Shown: positions 6,386-15,560, counted from the stretch's first letter. The stretch: DNA of 64,000 nt from an uncultured Bacteroidia bacterium (GCA_963810555.1 CAWENX010000022.1:54929-118928); one strand, 5' to 3'. Made by a program: numbers and translations. Notes: generated by a model not told the origin, from the letters alone.

Positions 6386-6832
6386 ATGCTGTTCTTATCC
6401 ATTCATCGAGGTTCTCAAAAACTCCTTTCGCCTCATTTTAAAGAGTACGAATTCTTCAGCAGGTGTCCTGACTATAAAAAAAATGAACATCCTCTGGCTC
6501 AGCCTTTGGTCAGGGCCGCTGAAATAATCCGGGAATTTATGAATGAACCGGTTTACATTACAAGCACCTGGCGAACGGCAGAATGTAATAAAATCTCCGG
6601 CGGCGCTCCCGATTCGTATCATCTGTCCGGCAAAGCGGTTGACATGGTCTGTCCGTTGAAAATGAAAATATTAAATGATGCGGTGGCACAAAGAGGCTAT
6701 CTCTATCACCTGTTACGGGTCGCCGGTATCAATGGATTTGGCTTAAATGACCGTTTTCTGCATATCGACTGCCGTTCGTACGGCTATATCTCCGATAAGG
6801 ACTACGGCTCATATACCTTGTGGTACTATTGA
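6386..6832 (+). CDS. Peptidase M15 family (zinc D-Ala-D-Ala carboxypeptidase-like) cell-wall hydrolase, probable endolysin
   Basis: Motifs SYHLSGKAVDM (the SxHxxGxAxD zinc/active-site motif) and FLHIDCR (distal His-Asp). The 148-aa size is typical of phage M15_3 lysins. Confidence 0.75.
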   Translation: MLFLSIHRGSQKLLSPHFKEYEFFSRCPDYKKNEHPLAQPLVRAAEIIREFMNEPVYITSTWRTAECNKISGGAPDSYHLSGKAVDMVCPLKMKILNDAVAQRGYLYHLLRVAGINGFGLNDRFLHIDCRSYGYISDKDYGSYTLWYY

Positions 6833-6919
6833 AGGCTGAAGACTGAAGGCTAAAGGAAGAATTCTTTGGTGTTTTGGTGGCATAATTGACTTCGTCACGG
6901 TTATTGGGGATTCATGACA

Positions 6920-7000
6920 TATAAATAAGGTAATAAGGTTGATATGTGCTGCGGAAAATTTTCTACTAAGGTTATAATATTGAAAATGAGGTTTATAAAG
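6920..7000. repeat. Partial, diverged copy of the 160-nt repeat (3' half only)
   Basis: ATAAATAAGGTAATAAGGTTGATATGTGCTGCGGAAAATTTTCTACTAAGGTT...GAAAATGAGGTTT aligns to 5208-5288. Confidence 0.7.
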
Positions 7001-7085
7001 GCAACTTTGTACAATTATTAATTCATTCATCTTTTAATCCTTAAATCTTCCCGATAGCTATCGGGATACTAATTCAGACAATACA

Positions 7086-7292
7086 ATGAAAAAATTAAAT
7101 CAAATTCAGTTTCAATCTTACATTCAAGACTTTAATGTTAAAGATTTAGCTAAATGCTGCGGCCTTATCATTCTGAAAATCCTGCAGAAAGATGATTCTC
7201 CTGATTCTCTGGCATATTTAAAATATTGGCTTTGCAGGGTCGCTGGTCAGGCAAAACGTTTTATCAACAAAGAAAAACGTAAATTGACGTAG
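7086..7292 (+). CDS. Hypothetical small protein
   Basis: A 68-aa ORF bracketed by matching hairpins CCCGATAGCTATCGGG (7050-7065) and CCCGATATCTATCGG (7299-7313). No recognisable motif. Confidence 0.35.
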   Translation: MKKLNQIQFQSYIQDFNVKDLAKCCGLIILKILQKDDSPDSLAYLKYWLCRVAGQAKRFINKEKRKLT

Positions 7293-7451
7293 ATACGTCC
7301 CGATATCTATCGGTATTGTGTCTTCATAGTCTATTCTATAAATAGGTTAAATCCCGAGCCGATTTTGTATCTTTATTTAGAAAATAAAAACAATTAGCAT
7401 TCTTCAAACGTTTTAGAAGATCGAAGTCTAACCTTTAAAGAGGAATAAGTA

Positions 7452-9521
7452 ATGAATACAAATTCTGCCAGTTCCGGGAAATTAGATCAGCTCTGTATAA
7501 ATACAATCCGGTTTCTTTCAGTCGATGCGGTACAGAAAGCCAACAGCGGGCATCCCGGCCTGCCGTTAGGGGCTGCCCCAATGGCCTATGTTCTGTGGAC
7601 GCGTTTCCTGCGGCATAATCCTGAAAATCCTAAATGGTTTAACAGAGACCGGTTTATTTTGTCGGCAGGCCATGGTTCGATGCTGTTGTACAGTCTGCTT
7701 CACTTAACCGGATATGATCTTTCGCTGGATCAGATTAAAGAATTCAGACAGTGGGGAAGTTTGACGCCAGGCCATCCCGAACGGGGACTCACCCCAGGGG
7801 TTGAAACAACTACCGGCCCCCTGGGCCAGGGATTCGGGAACGGAGTAGGGATGGCAATTGCCGAGGCCTACCTTTCAGCCCGTTACAACAGACCAAATTT
7901 TGATATCATTAGCCATTTCACATATGGTTTGGTAAGTGACGGCGATCTGATGGAAGGGGTGGGAAGCGAAGCTGCATCGCTTGCCGGACACCTGAAGCTT
8001 GGCAAACTGATTTATTTGTACGACAACAATCACATCACCCTTTCAGCTTCCACACAATTAGCCTTCACAGAAGATGTTGCGGAACGTTTTGAAGCCTACG
8101 GATGGCATACGCAATCGGTTAAGGATGGGAATGATATTAAAGCCATTGAAAATGCGATCCACCATGCACAAAAAGAAACGGACCGCCCCTCCCTTATCAT
8201 AATCAGGACACATATCGGATACGGATCTCCCAACAAACAGGATACTTTTGAAGCACATGGTTCCCCCCTTGGGATTGAAGAGGTAAAACTGACGAAACAA
8301 AATCTGGGCTGGCCTGAAGAACCTCCCTTTTACATCCCGGAGGAAGCAGAATCTCATTTTCGGAAAGCTGTTGAAACGGGACGTCGTGAAGAGAATGAAT
8401 GGAATTCGCTTTTCAGTGATTATGAGAAGGAATATCCCCTTCAGGCTAACGAGTTGAAAATGCTTATAAAAGATGAACTGCTTCCTGATCTTAGATCCAT
8501 TTTACCACATTTCCCGGCTGATACGAAAGGAATAGCCACCCGTAAAGCATCATTTAAAACATTAGAAGCTGTCAACCAGCATCTTCCCGGATTGATTGGC
8601 GGATCTGCCGATTTAAATCCCTCCACCTACACTGAACTGAAAGGAGAAGGGGATTTCGATAATCCTTCAAGGGCGACAGGTGATATGCAGGGTTCAGCCG
8701 GCGGGGGATGGAGTTACAGGGGCCGAAATATTCAGTTTGGTGTCAGGGAACATGCTATGGGCGCAATCCTAAACGGATTAGCGGCACATGGCGGCATCAC
8801 GCCTTATGGGGCTACTTTTCTGACTTTCTCGGATTATATGCGGCCAACGATCCGTCTTGCTTCATTGATGAGGCTGCATGTTATTTATGTTTTTACCCAT
8901 GACAGTGTGGCTATGGGAGAGGATGGACCCACTCATCAGCCAATCGAACATCTTGCCAGTTTGAGGGCAATACCGGGATTAACAGTTATCAGACCCTGCG
9001 ATGCCAATGAGACGGCCATTTCATGGCTTTATGCTTTGGAAAAGAAGACGGGACCGGTAGCTCTTATTTTTAGCCGTCAAAATATTCCGGTTCTCGATCG
9101 AACGGAATTTGCCCCTGAAGACGGACTTCTTCGCGGAGCCTATATTTTGGACAAAGAACCCGAAGAAAAACCCGAGTTAGTTCTTATCGCGAGCGGATCT
9201 GAAGTCTCGTTGATCGTATCAGCAAAACAAAAACTCCAGGAGAAAAAAATCTCTGTTCAGCTTGTTTCTATGCCGAGCTGGGAATTATTTGACGATCAGC
9301 CACGGGCTTACAGGGATCTTGTATTGCCGCCGGGGGTTCCGCGGCTTGCTGTTGAAGCAGGTTCAACGCAAGGGTGGAAGAAATATGTAAGTGACGTGGG
9401 AGATGTAATCGGAATTGATCATTTTGGCGCTTCAGCTCCCGGACCGATTCTTCTTCGTGAATTTGGCTTTACAGTAGAAGAGATTTGTTCAACTGCCACA
9501 ACTTTATTGGAAAAGATTTAA
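7452..9521 (+). CDS. tkt: Transketolase
   Basis: Classic N-terminus SGHPG.PLG.A......LW..FL..NP.NP.W.NRDRF.LS.GHGS.LLY..LHL.GY, and a full-length 689-aa protein. Confidence 0.95.
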   Translation: MNTNSASSGKLDQLCINTIRFLSVDAVQKANSGHPGLPLGAAPMAYVLWTRFLRHNPENPKWFNRDRFILSAGHGSMLLYSLLHLTGYDLSLDQIKEFRQWGSLTPGHPERGLTPGVETTTGPLGQGFGNGVGMAIAEAYLSARYNRPNFDIISHFTYGLVSDGDLMEGVGSEAASLAGHLKLGKLIYLYDNNHITLSASTQLAFTEDVAERFEAYGWHTQSVKDGNDIKAIENAIHHAQKETDRPSLIIIRTHIGYGSPNKQDTFEAHGSPLGIEEVKLTKQNLGWPEEPPFYIPEEAESHFRKAVETGRREENEWNSLFSDYEKEYPLQANELKMLIKDELLPDLRSILPHFPADTKGIATRKASFKTLEAVNQHLPGLIGGSADLNPSTYTELKGEGDFDNPSRATGDMQGSAGGGWSYRGRNIQFGVREHAMGAILNGLAAHGGITPYGATFLTFSDYMRPTIRLASLMRLHVIYVFTHDSVAMGEDGPTHQPIEHLASLRAIPGLTVIRPCDANETAISWLYALEKKTGPVALIFSRQNIPVLDRTEFAPEDGLLRGAYILDKEPEEKPELVLIASGSEVSLIVSAKQKLQEKKISVQLVSMPSWELFDDQPRAYRDLVLPPGVPRLAVEAGSTQGWKKYVSDVGDVIGIDHFGASAPGPILLREFGFTVEEICSTATTLLEKI

Positions 9522-9536
9522 AACTGAGAACTGAGA

Positions 9537-10043
9537 ATGGAGAACGAAGAGCGGAGAATGGATGATTATAATAAATTATCACCCAATTCTTCTAAAAAGA
9601 TTGGAATTGCTGCAGATCATGGCGGATTCGGATTAAAAGAAGAGCTGGTAAAAGAGCTAAGAGAATCAGGTTACGAAGTCATTGATTTTGGCAATGCAAT
9701 TCTGAAAGAGGATGATGATTATCCTGATTATGTTATTCCTTTGGCACAGGCAGTAGCAAAAGGTGAAGTTGAAAGGGGTATTGCTGTCTGCGGGAGCGGT
9801 GTCGGGGCCTGTGTTGCATCGAATAAAGTCAGGGGAGTTCGTGCCTGTTTGATCAATGACACCTTTTCAGCTCACCAGGGAGTTGAAGACGACAATATGA
9901 ACCTGATCTGCCTTGGGGGGCGAATAACCGGATTTTCTCTTGCAAAAGAACTTGTGAAAACGTTTCTGGAAGCCCGATTCAGCGGCCTTGAACGACATGT
10001 CAGGCGAACCGGGAAAGTAGCCGGACTTGAAAATCAGCCCTAA
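9537..10043 (+). CDS. rpiB: Ribose-5-phosphate isomerase B (RpiB/LacA/LacB family)
   Basis: IGIAADHGGF.LKE....L...G.EV.DFG and CGSGVGACVASNKVRGVRA match the family. The first 7 codons lie in a GAGAAC stutter repeat, so the ATG at 9558 is an alternative start. Confidence 0.9.
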   Translation: MENEERRMDDYNKLSPNSSKKIGIAADHGGFGLKEELVKELRESGYEVIDFGNAILKEDDDYPDYVIPLAQAVAKGEVERGIAVCGSGVGACVASNKVRGVRACLINDTFSAHQGVEDDNMNLICLGGRITGFSLAKELVKTFLEARFSGLERHVRRTGKVAGLENQP

Positions 10044-10232
10044 GGCAGGAGAGCAAAGACCAGAGAGTATCAGAGTTTAAATTTGACTTTACAATAATTT
10101 TTCCTAACTTATATGAAGCTTTAGACTATAGGCCTTTGTCTGCAGTAATCAGTGAATGGTAATGAGTACTTTATTTTATATAGAGAATTATTCGTTCAAG
10201 GAACATCCAATTGATTTTATAAAGCGAAAACT

Positions 10233-12524
10233 ATGAATGAAAGAAACACACACAATCAATTTCTGTCTCCCTGGTGGAGACGAGGCGTACTTCTGATCAT
10301 GATCGTGGAATTTGCAGTCCTTTTATGGGTCACTATGGGGAGCTTATACAGGAATTCGATGCCTCCTGTTCCCAAAGAGGTGATTGATTCTTCCGGTTCG
10401 GTTCTGTTCACACAAGAAGATATCCAATCGGGTCAGCAGGTATTTTTAAAAAGGGGATTGATGAATAATGGTACCATATGGGGACATGGCGCCTATCTTG
10501 GTCCGGATTTTTCGGCACAGTATCTTCACAATCTTGCGTTGACTGTAAGTGACTATCTGTCAAAAGAAGGTCATAGCGCCCCATATATGATAACAGATAA
10601 GCAATACCTTGCCGCATTAACGCATGATTTCTTATCTCAAAACAGATACGATACCGACACACACACTCTTCTTTTCACAGATTCCGAAAAGAAATCCTTT
10701 AAGGAACAAATCGGATACTGGAAAGACTATTTTCAGAATCCTGCATCCAACAGGGGTCTTTCGGGAACAGTGATCCCAGATGAGGAGGAGTTTGAACAGC
10801 TTACCGCATTTTTCGCCTGGTCAGCCTGGGCAAGTACAGCAAATATCCCCGGTAAAAATCACTCCTATACCAACAACTTTCCATATGAACCGTTGATTGG
10901 AAACGGGCCTTCGATTACAACAATCCTTTGGAGCGCTTTAAGCCTGATCACCCTCTTGGGAGGTATAGCTGTTATCCTGCTGTTCTTTGGCAGATTCGAG
11001 TACCTCGGATGGAAGCGTGAGGAATTTCTGGTTCCTCCTCAGCTAATACCAGGTGAGCCGACTGCCATTGAGCGGGCTTCACTTAAATTCTTTGTGGTTG
11101 CCATCGTTATCCTTCTGATACAGACACTTGCAGGGGGAGCCTTAGCCCATTATTTTGCTGATCCCAAAGGATTCCACGTATTCGACCTGTCAAAAATACT
11201 TCCAACCAACATCCTGAGATCATGGCATTTACAGACAGGAATACTTTGGATCGCAACGGCTTACATTGCAGGCGGGCTGTTTATCTCCTCATTGCTCTCA
11301 AAGAAAGTACCGAAACTTCAGGTTCCCCTGATTAATTTCCTGTTCATTGCCCTTGCCTTATTGGTATTTGGGAGCCTTTTCGGCGAGTATGCAGGAGTAG
11401 AAAACATCATTAAGAAGGTATGGTTTTGGTTTGGTAACCAGGGATGGGAATATCTTGAGATTGGCCGTGCATGGCAGATTCTGATGGCAGTTGGTCTTGT
11501 TATCTGGGTTTTCCTGTTGTTCAGGACGATCCGGCCTTCGCCTCAGGAGCACGAAGACCGTGAATTGAAAACCTTGTTCCTGCTTGGAGCATTTGCCATT
11601 CCATTTTTCTATCTCCCTGCATTTTTCTTTGGATCGACAACCAACTATTCAACAGTGGATACATGGCGGTTTTGGATCATACATCTCTGGGTTGAAGGAT
11701 TCTTTGAAGTATTTGCCACAATTATGGTAGCCGTCATGTTTTATAAGCTGGGTCTGGTAACAAGGAAAACAGCAACCCGTCTTATCTATCTTGATGCCAT
11801 TTTGTTTCTCGGCGCCGGGATACTGGGAACGGGGCATCACTGGTACTGGACGGGACAATCAACCGTATCAATGGCAATTTCAGCCTCTTTCTCTGCCATG
11901 GAGGTGGTTCCGCTTGTTCTCCTTACTCTTGAAGCTTCTGATTTTTCAAGGTTGATGAGATCGGGTAATGATAAAGATGGCAAAAGCCTTCCCTTCCCTC
12001 ATAAATGGTCCTTTTATTTTCTTATAGCTGTTGGTGTATGGAATTTTATCGGTGCAGGAGTTTTCGGTTTTCTGATCAATCTTCCGGTTATCAGCTATTT
12101 CGAAGTGGGAACCAATTTAACACCCAACCACGGTCATGCCGCTTTAATGGGTGTCTTCGGAATGCTCGGTCTTGCAATGCTCGTTTTTGCCTTACGGCAA
12201 GTTTCATCTGAAGAACACTGGAAAAGGATCGAAAAATTCATCAGAATTTCATTTTGGGGACTTAATATAGGACTTGCCGGAATGGTAGTATTTCAATTGT
12301 TTCCCAGCGGAGTGCTTCAATTTATTGATGTAATCAAGCATGGATACTGGCATGCACGAAGTCTTGAATTTACGGGGCAGAATTATATGAGAAGCCTCGC
12401 CTGGCTTCGTTTTCCGGCTGATTTATTTTTTATCGTGGCAGGAGTTTTGCCTCTTCTGTATGCCACAATATTGACTTATTTTCATATGCTTCGGGCAGGA
12501 AACGTTTCTATGAAAATCGGATAA
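10233..12524 (+). CDS. norZ: Quinol-dependent nitric oxide reductase (qNOR, fused NorB-type heme-copper oxidase)
   Basis: A 763-aa protein. The N-terminal extension carries GTIWGHGAYLGPDFSAQYLH. Twelve or more TM helices carry His ligand motifs GHHWYWTG and NHGHAALMGVFG. Confidence 0.9.
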   Translation: MNERNTHNQFLSPWWRRGVLLIMIVEFAVLLWVTMGSLYRNSMPPVPKEVIDSSGSVLFTQEDIQSGQQVFLKRGLMNNGTIWGHGAYLGPDFSAQYLHNLALTVSDYLSKEGHSAPYMITDKQYLAALTHDFLSQNRYDTDTHTLLFTDSEKKSFKEQIGYWKDYFQNPASNRGLSGTVIPDEEEFEQLTAFFAWSAWASTANIPGKNHSYTNNFPYEPLIGNGPSITTILWSALSLITLLGGIAVILLFFGRFEYLGWKREEFLVPPQLIPGEPTAIERASLKFFVVAIVILLIQTLAGGALAHYFADPKGFHVFDLSKILPTNILRSWHLQTGILWIATAYIAGGLFISSLLSKKVPKLQVPLINFLFIALALLVFGSLFGEYAGVENIIKKVWFWFGNQGWEYLEIGRAWQILMAVGLVIWVFLLFRTIRPSPQEHEDRELKTLFLLGAFAIPFFYLPAFFFGSTTNYSTVDTWRFWIIHLWVEGFFEVFATIMVAVMFYKLGLVTRKTATRLIYLDAILFLGAGILGTGHHWYWTGQSTVSMAISASFSAMEVVPLVLLTLEASDFSRLMRSGNDKDGKSLPFPHKWSFYFLIAVGVWNFIGAGVFGFLINLPVISYFEVGTNLTPNHGHAALMGVFGMLGLAMLVFALRQVSSEEHWKRIEKFIRISFWGLNIGLAGMVVFQLFPSGVLQFIDVIKHGYWHARSLEFTGQNYMRSLAWLRFPADLFFIVAGVLPLLYATILTYFHMLRAGNVSMKIG

Positions 12525-12764
12525 TCCCATTTTATTTTCAGTGTATTTCTACTTAAAATGATATTTATTCCGACATATCGATTTAGATTCCCTTTACAAA
12601 TCTATTTACAGTTATTTTAAGAAGAATAGAAAATTTACTTAAGATGACTTTTGTTGTCAGACCGGAAATAATTGATTATTTGAAAGTATGATCATCGGTT
12701 CCATCCTGTTTTTCGTTTCAAACATAAATATGAATTCTTTGTTTAATCTGAAAAAACCAAAATT

Positions 12765-13433
12765 ATGGAAGAGCACATAGTAAGAATTTTGAATCTCGAA
12801 CAGGTTACTCATGATGTAAGAAGATTCAGGGTTGAGAAACCCGATGGTTATTCGTTCATTCCAGGCCAGGCTACTGAGATTTCGGTCAATAAGCCGGAAT
12901 TAAGGGATAAAAAAGGGCCATGGACATTTACTTGCCTGAACAGCGACCCATATCTTGAATTTACGATCAAAATTTATCCCGAGCGACACGGAAAAACCAA
13001 TGAACTCGGTAAACTTAAGGTTGGGGATGAACTCATTATCAGGGACGTCTGGGGCACGATAGCTTACAAAGGAAAAGGAGTTTTTATTGCCGGAGGTGCA
13101 GGAGTTACACCCTTTATAGCCATTTTCAGGGATCTGGCATCCAGAAATGAAGTGAAAGGGAATAAGCTGCTTTTCGCCAACAGGACCAAAGAGGATATTA
13201 TTAATGAAACAGAATTTCGCAGATTACTTGGCGCTGACTTTATTAACATCCTTTCAGATGAGAGAGCCGAAGGTTTTGATTTTGGGTTTGTAGATGAAAA
13301 GTTTCTGACCACTTACATCAGTGATTTTAATCAGAAATTCTATGTCTGCGGGCCTCCGCCAATGGTGAAAATTGTCCTTAATCACCTGAGTAATCTTGGA
13401 GTCTCTCCGGATTCAATCATTAAGGAAGATTAA
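12765..13433 (+). CDS. FNR-family flavoprotein oxidoreductase (FAD-binding plus NAD(P)-binding domains)
   Basis: RRFRV..P.....PGQ (FAD-binding beta-barrel), GGAGVTPF (NAD(P) binding) and YVCGPPPM (C-terminal motif). Confidence 0.75.
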   Translation: MEEHIVRILNLEQVTHDVRRFRVEKPDGYSFIPGQATEISVNKPELRDKKGPWTFTCLNSDPYLEFTIKIYPERHGKTNELGKLKVGDELIIRDVWGTIAYKGKGVFIAGGAGVTPFIAIFRDLASRNEVKGNKLLFANRTKEDIINETEFRRLLGADFINILSDERAEGFDFGFVDEKFLTTYISDFNQKFYVCGPPPMVKIVLNHLSNLGVSPDSIIKED

Positions 13434-13437
13434 TGAA

Positions 13438-13965
13438 ATGGCTGACCGCATAATCTGGACCATCGGACATTCGACACACAGTATCGATGAGTTTATCAGG
13501 ATTCTTGAATCCTTTGATATAGATATAGTTGCTGATATTCAGAAGCTATCCCGGTTCAGGACATTATCCCACATTTTAATAAAGAATCATTGAATACATC
13601 TCTTGCTGAAAAGGGCATTGAGTATATCCATCTTGAAGGGCTTGGAGGACGAAGAAAAGTCAGAAAGGATTCTATAAATGACGGATGGGAGCATCCGGCC
13701 TTCAGAGGTTATGCGGACTATATGGAAACTGAACTCTTTCAGAAAATCGGCTGAAGAACTTGAAGGAATTGCCTCAGAAAAGAAGACTGTTTATATGTGT
13801 GCTGAAGCTTTGTGGTGGCGCTGTCACCGTTCCATGGTTTCTGACTGGCTAAAACTTAAGGGATGGAAAGTATTTCATATCATGGGTGCCGGGAAAAGCG
13901 AAGAACACCGGTATACACAACCGGCAAGAATAGTAAATGGGAATCTGCTGTACAGTAAAGAATAA
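13438..13965 (+). pseudogene. DUF488-family gene disrupted by three +1 frameshifts
   Basis: The family-like sequence is split over three frames. Frame 1 gives MADRIIWTIGHSTHSIDEFIRILESFDIDIVADI, frame 2 gives RSYPGS.HYP, frame 3 gives HFNKESLNTSLAEKGIEYIHLEGLGGRRK...GWEHPAFRGYADYMETELFQK, and frame 1 resumes with AEELEGIASEKKTVYMCAEALWWRCHRSMVSDWL. The apparent extra bases are near 13540, 13571 and 13745-13748. Confidence 0.75.
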
Positions 13966-14340
13966 AGACCAGAGAAAGGAGACAGGAGACAGGAGAACGG
14001 AAAAGGGAGAAAGCAGAACAAAAGATGAGAAAATAAAATAAGATTAATCATTCATCTATTCCGGAAATATTATTTCCGGATTTGTGATTAAACTGATTAC
14101 ATTAAAAACAAGCAAGAAATTGCATATTTATACAGTTAATATGTATATTTATTCAGTTGATCCGATTGGTTCAATACTAAATCAAACATAACTCAAACAT
14201 AAATCAAACACGAGTGAGGTACTGACCTGTCTGGAATGCTTTTTTGCATAAATATTCATTTTAGATTAACATTTTAAATGTCATCTTTTCATAAATTAGC
14301 ATGTTTTACTGTAACACCAGAATGCTGAAGTAAAAATACC

Positions 14341-14850
14341 ATGATTGATTATCATTACGAAAACTGCCGCTTACTGTTTGTCGGCATTAATCCTCATGAA
14401 GGATCTGACAGCCGGGGAATCCCCTTCTCGAACAATAAAATGTTCTGGTATCTGCTTTCCAGGGCAGGGATAATCCATGAAAGTATTGACGATTTGAGGG
14501 ATGACAAAAAGCTTAAGGAAATATATGACAAAAAATTCAATCCGATTTATCACCTTGGAATGGCGAACATTGTTGACAGACCTTCCAGGGATGTAAGTTT
14601 GTTAAAAAAGGGGGAGGAAGTGCCTGGTGTAATTCGATTGAACTCAATTATTCAGAACGTTAAACCCAGGGTTGTTTGTTTTGTCGGAAAGGTAACTTAC
14701 CAGAAATTCAGCGGACTGAAAGATGTTGAATTTGGATGGCAGCCCGATCTTTATAATTCCAAAATATTTGTGATGCATTTTCCCCTAAGGGGAGAGGCCA
14801 TCGTAAGGATCAATGAATTAAAGGAAATTGCAGGTTATGCTTTAACATAG
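14341..14850 (+). CDS. Uracil-DNA glycosylase superfamily protein, Mug/TDG-like (family 2)
   Basis: Colinear with E. coli Mug. LLFVGINPHEGS....IPFSNN.NMFWYLL matches VVFCGINPG......FPFAHPANRFW. The C-terminal FVMHFPLRG matches the PNPSG-type loop. Confidence 0.7.
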   Translation: MIDYHYENCRLLFVGINPHEGSDSRGIPFSNNKMFWYLLSRAGIIHESIDDLRDDKKLKEIYDKKFNPIYHLGMANIVDRPSRDVSLLKKGEEVPGVIRLNSIIQNVKPRVVCFVGKVTYQKFSGLKDVEFGWQPDLYNSKIFVMHFPLRGEAIVRINELKEIAGYALT

Positions 14851-14964
14851 CCAATTACGAATTACGAATTATGGAACAAAAGCAGAGAGCAAAGGACGAA
14901 AAAAACTCTTAGCTCTTTGCTTTTTGAGCCTCATTCATCATTCGTCCTTCGTAATTCTTAATTG
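14851..14964. repeat. Stutter palindrome (AATTACGA / TCGTAATT arms) with an inner hairpin
   Basis: CCAATTACGAATTACGAATTATGG (14851-14874) is complementary to CATTCATCATTCGTCCTTCGTAATTCTTAATTG (14932-14964). The inner pair is AGCAGAGAGCAAAG / CTCTTAGCTCTTTGCT. Confidence 0.8.
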
Positions 14965-14996
14965 TTTGCTATCTTAGCGGTCAGAAAATTGCTTTG

Positions 14997-15431
14997 ATGG
15001 AAATAAAAATTGTAAATCATTCATCTAATTCCCTGCCTTCATACAGTACCGATCTGTCTGCAGGAATGGATTTGCGTGCCAATCTTGAAGAAGAGATTGT
15101 TCTTAAACCTTTTGAAAGGAAGCTTATCCCTACAGGATTATTTATTGAGCTTCCTGAAGGATTCGAAGCTCAGGTGCGTCCCAGAAGCGGCCTTGCCATA
15201 AAAAAAGGGATCACTGTTCTTAATTCGCCGGGAACAATAGATGCTGATTACCGTGGTGAAATAATGGTGATTTTAATTAACCTTTCGCAGGAAGATTTTA
15301 TTATACGGCATGGCGAAAGAATTGCCCAGATGGTTATCGCATCACACGAAAAGGTTGAATGGAAAGCTGTAGTCGAACTGGAAGAAACTCTAAGGGGTGA
15401 AGGAGGATTTGGGCATACAGGCAAGCATTGA
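14997..15431 (+). CDS. dut: dUTP diphosphatase
   Basis: Motifs [34 protein letters not shown] and GGFGHTG. Trimeric dUTPase motifs I-V are all present. Confidence 0.95.
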   Translation: MEIKIVNHSSNSLPSYSTDLSAGMDLRANLEEEIVLKPFERKLIPTGLFIELPEGFEAQVRPRSGLAIKKGITVLNSPGTIDADYRGEIMVILINLSQEDFIIRHGERIAQMVIASHEKVEWKAVVELEETLRGEGGFGHTGKH

Positions 15432-15474
15432 CCTTGATTTACTTGATTTACTTGATTAAAGAATTAAGGCTAAC

Positions 15475-15535
15475 GCTAAAGGTTAAAATCAGTTTCTTCC
15501 TTCAGCATTTAACCTCCAGCCTTTAGCCCATTTAC
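15475..15535. repeat. GGCTAAAG-type hairpin with a conserved loop (copy 2)
   Basis: AAGGCTAACGCTAAAGGTTAAAATCAGTTTCTTCCTTCAGCATTTAACCTCCAGCCTTTAGCC shares CTAAAG.TTAAAA.TC.GTTTCTTCCTT with 4759-4790. Confidence 0.75.
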
Positions 15536-15560
15536 ATAAAATAGAATGATAATAACTCAT

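Larger units (their letters stand above)
1..7320. mobile_element. Phage-, satellite- or integrative-element-like island (left end outside the window, right end approximate)
   Basis: A same-strand block of mobile-DNA-type genes: two HTH_17-like proteins, an AEP primase-helicase fusion, a Ku-like protein, an M15 peptidase and a small lipoprotein/membrane protein. It has private repeats and switches abruptly to housekeeping tkt at 7452. No integrase, att site or tRNA is visible in the window. Confidence 0.6.

Noticed and set aside
7320-7451. An attachment site or tRNA at the island's right boundary.
   Set aside because: No tRNA-like cloverleaf or T-loop (GTTCGAAT-type) was seen here or anywhere in the window. 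No repeat was found that matches the left part of the island.
7452-12524. tkt, rpiB and norZ as one functional operon or novel pathway.
   Set aside because: tkt and rpiB are plausibly co-transcribed. norZ, however, is separated by a 190-nt gap and has an unrelated function, so the adjacency is probably incidental.
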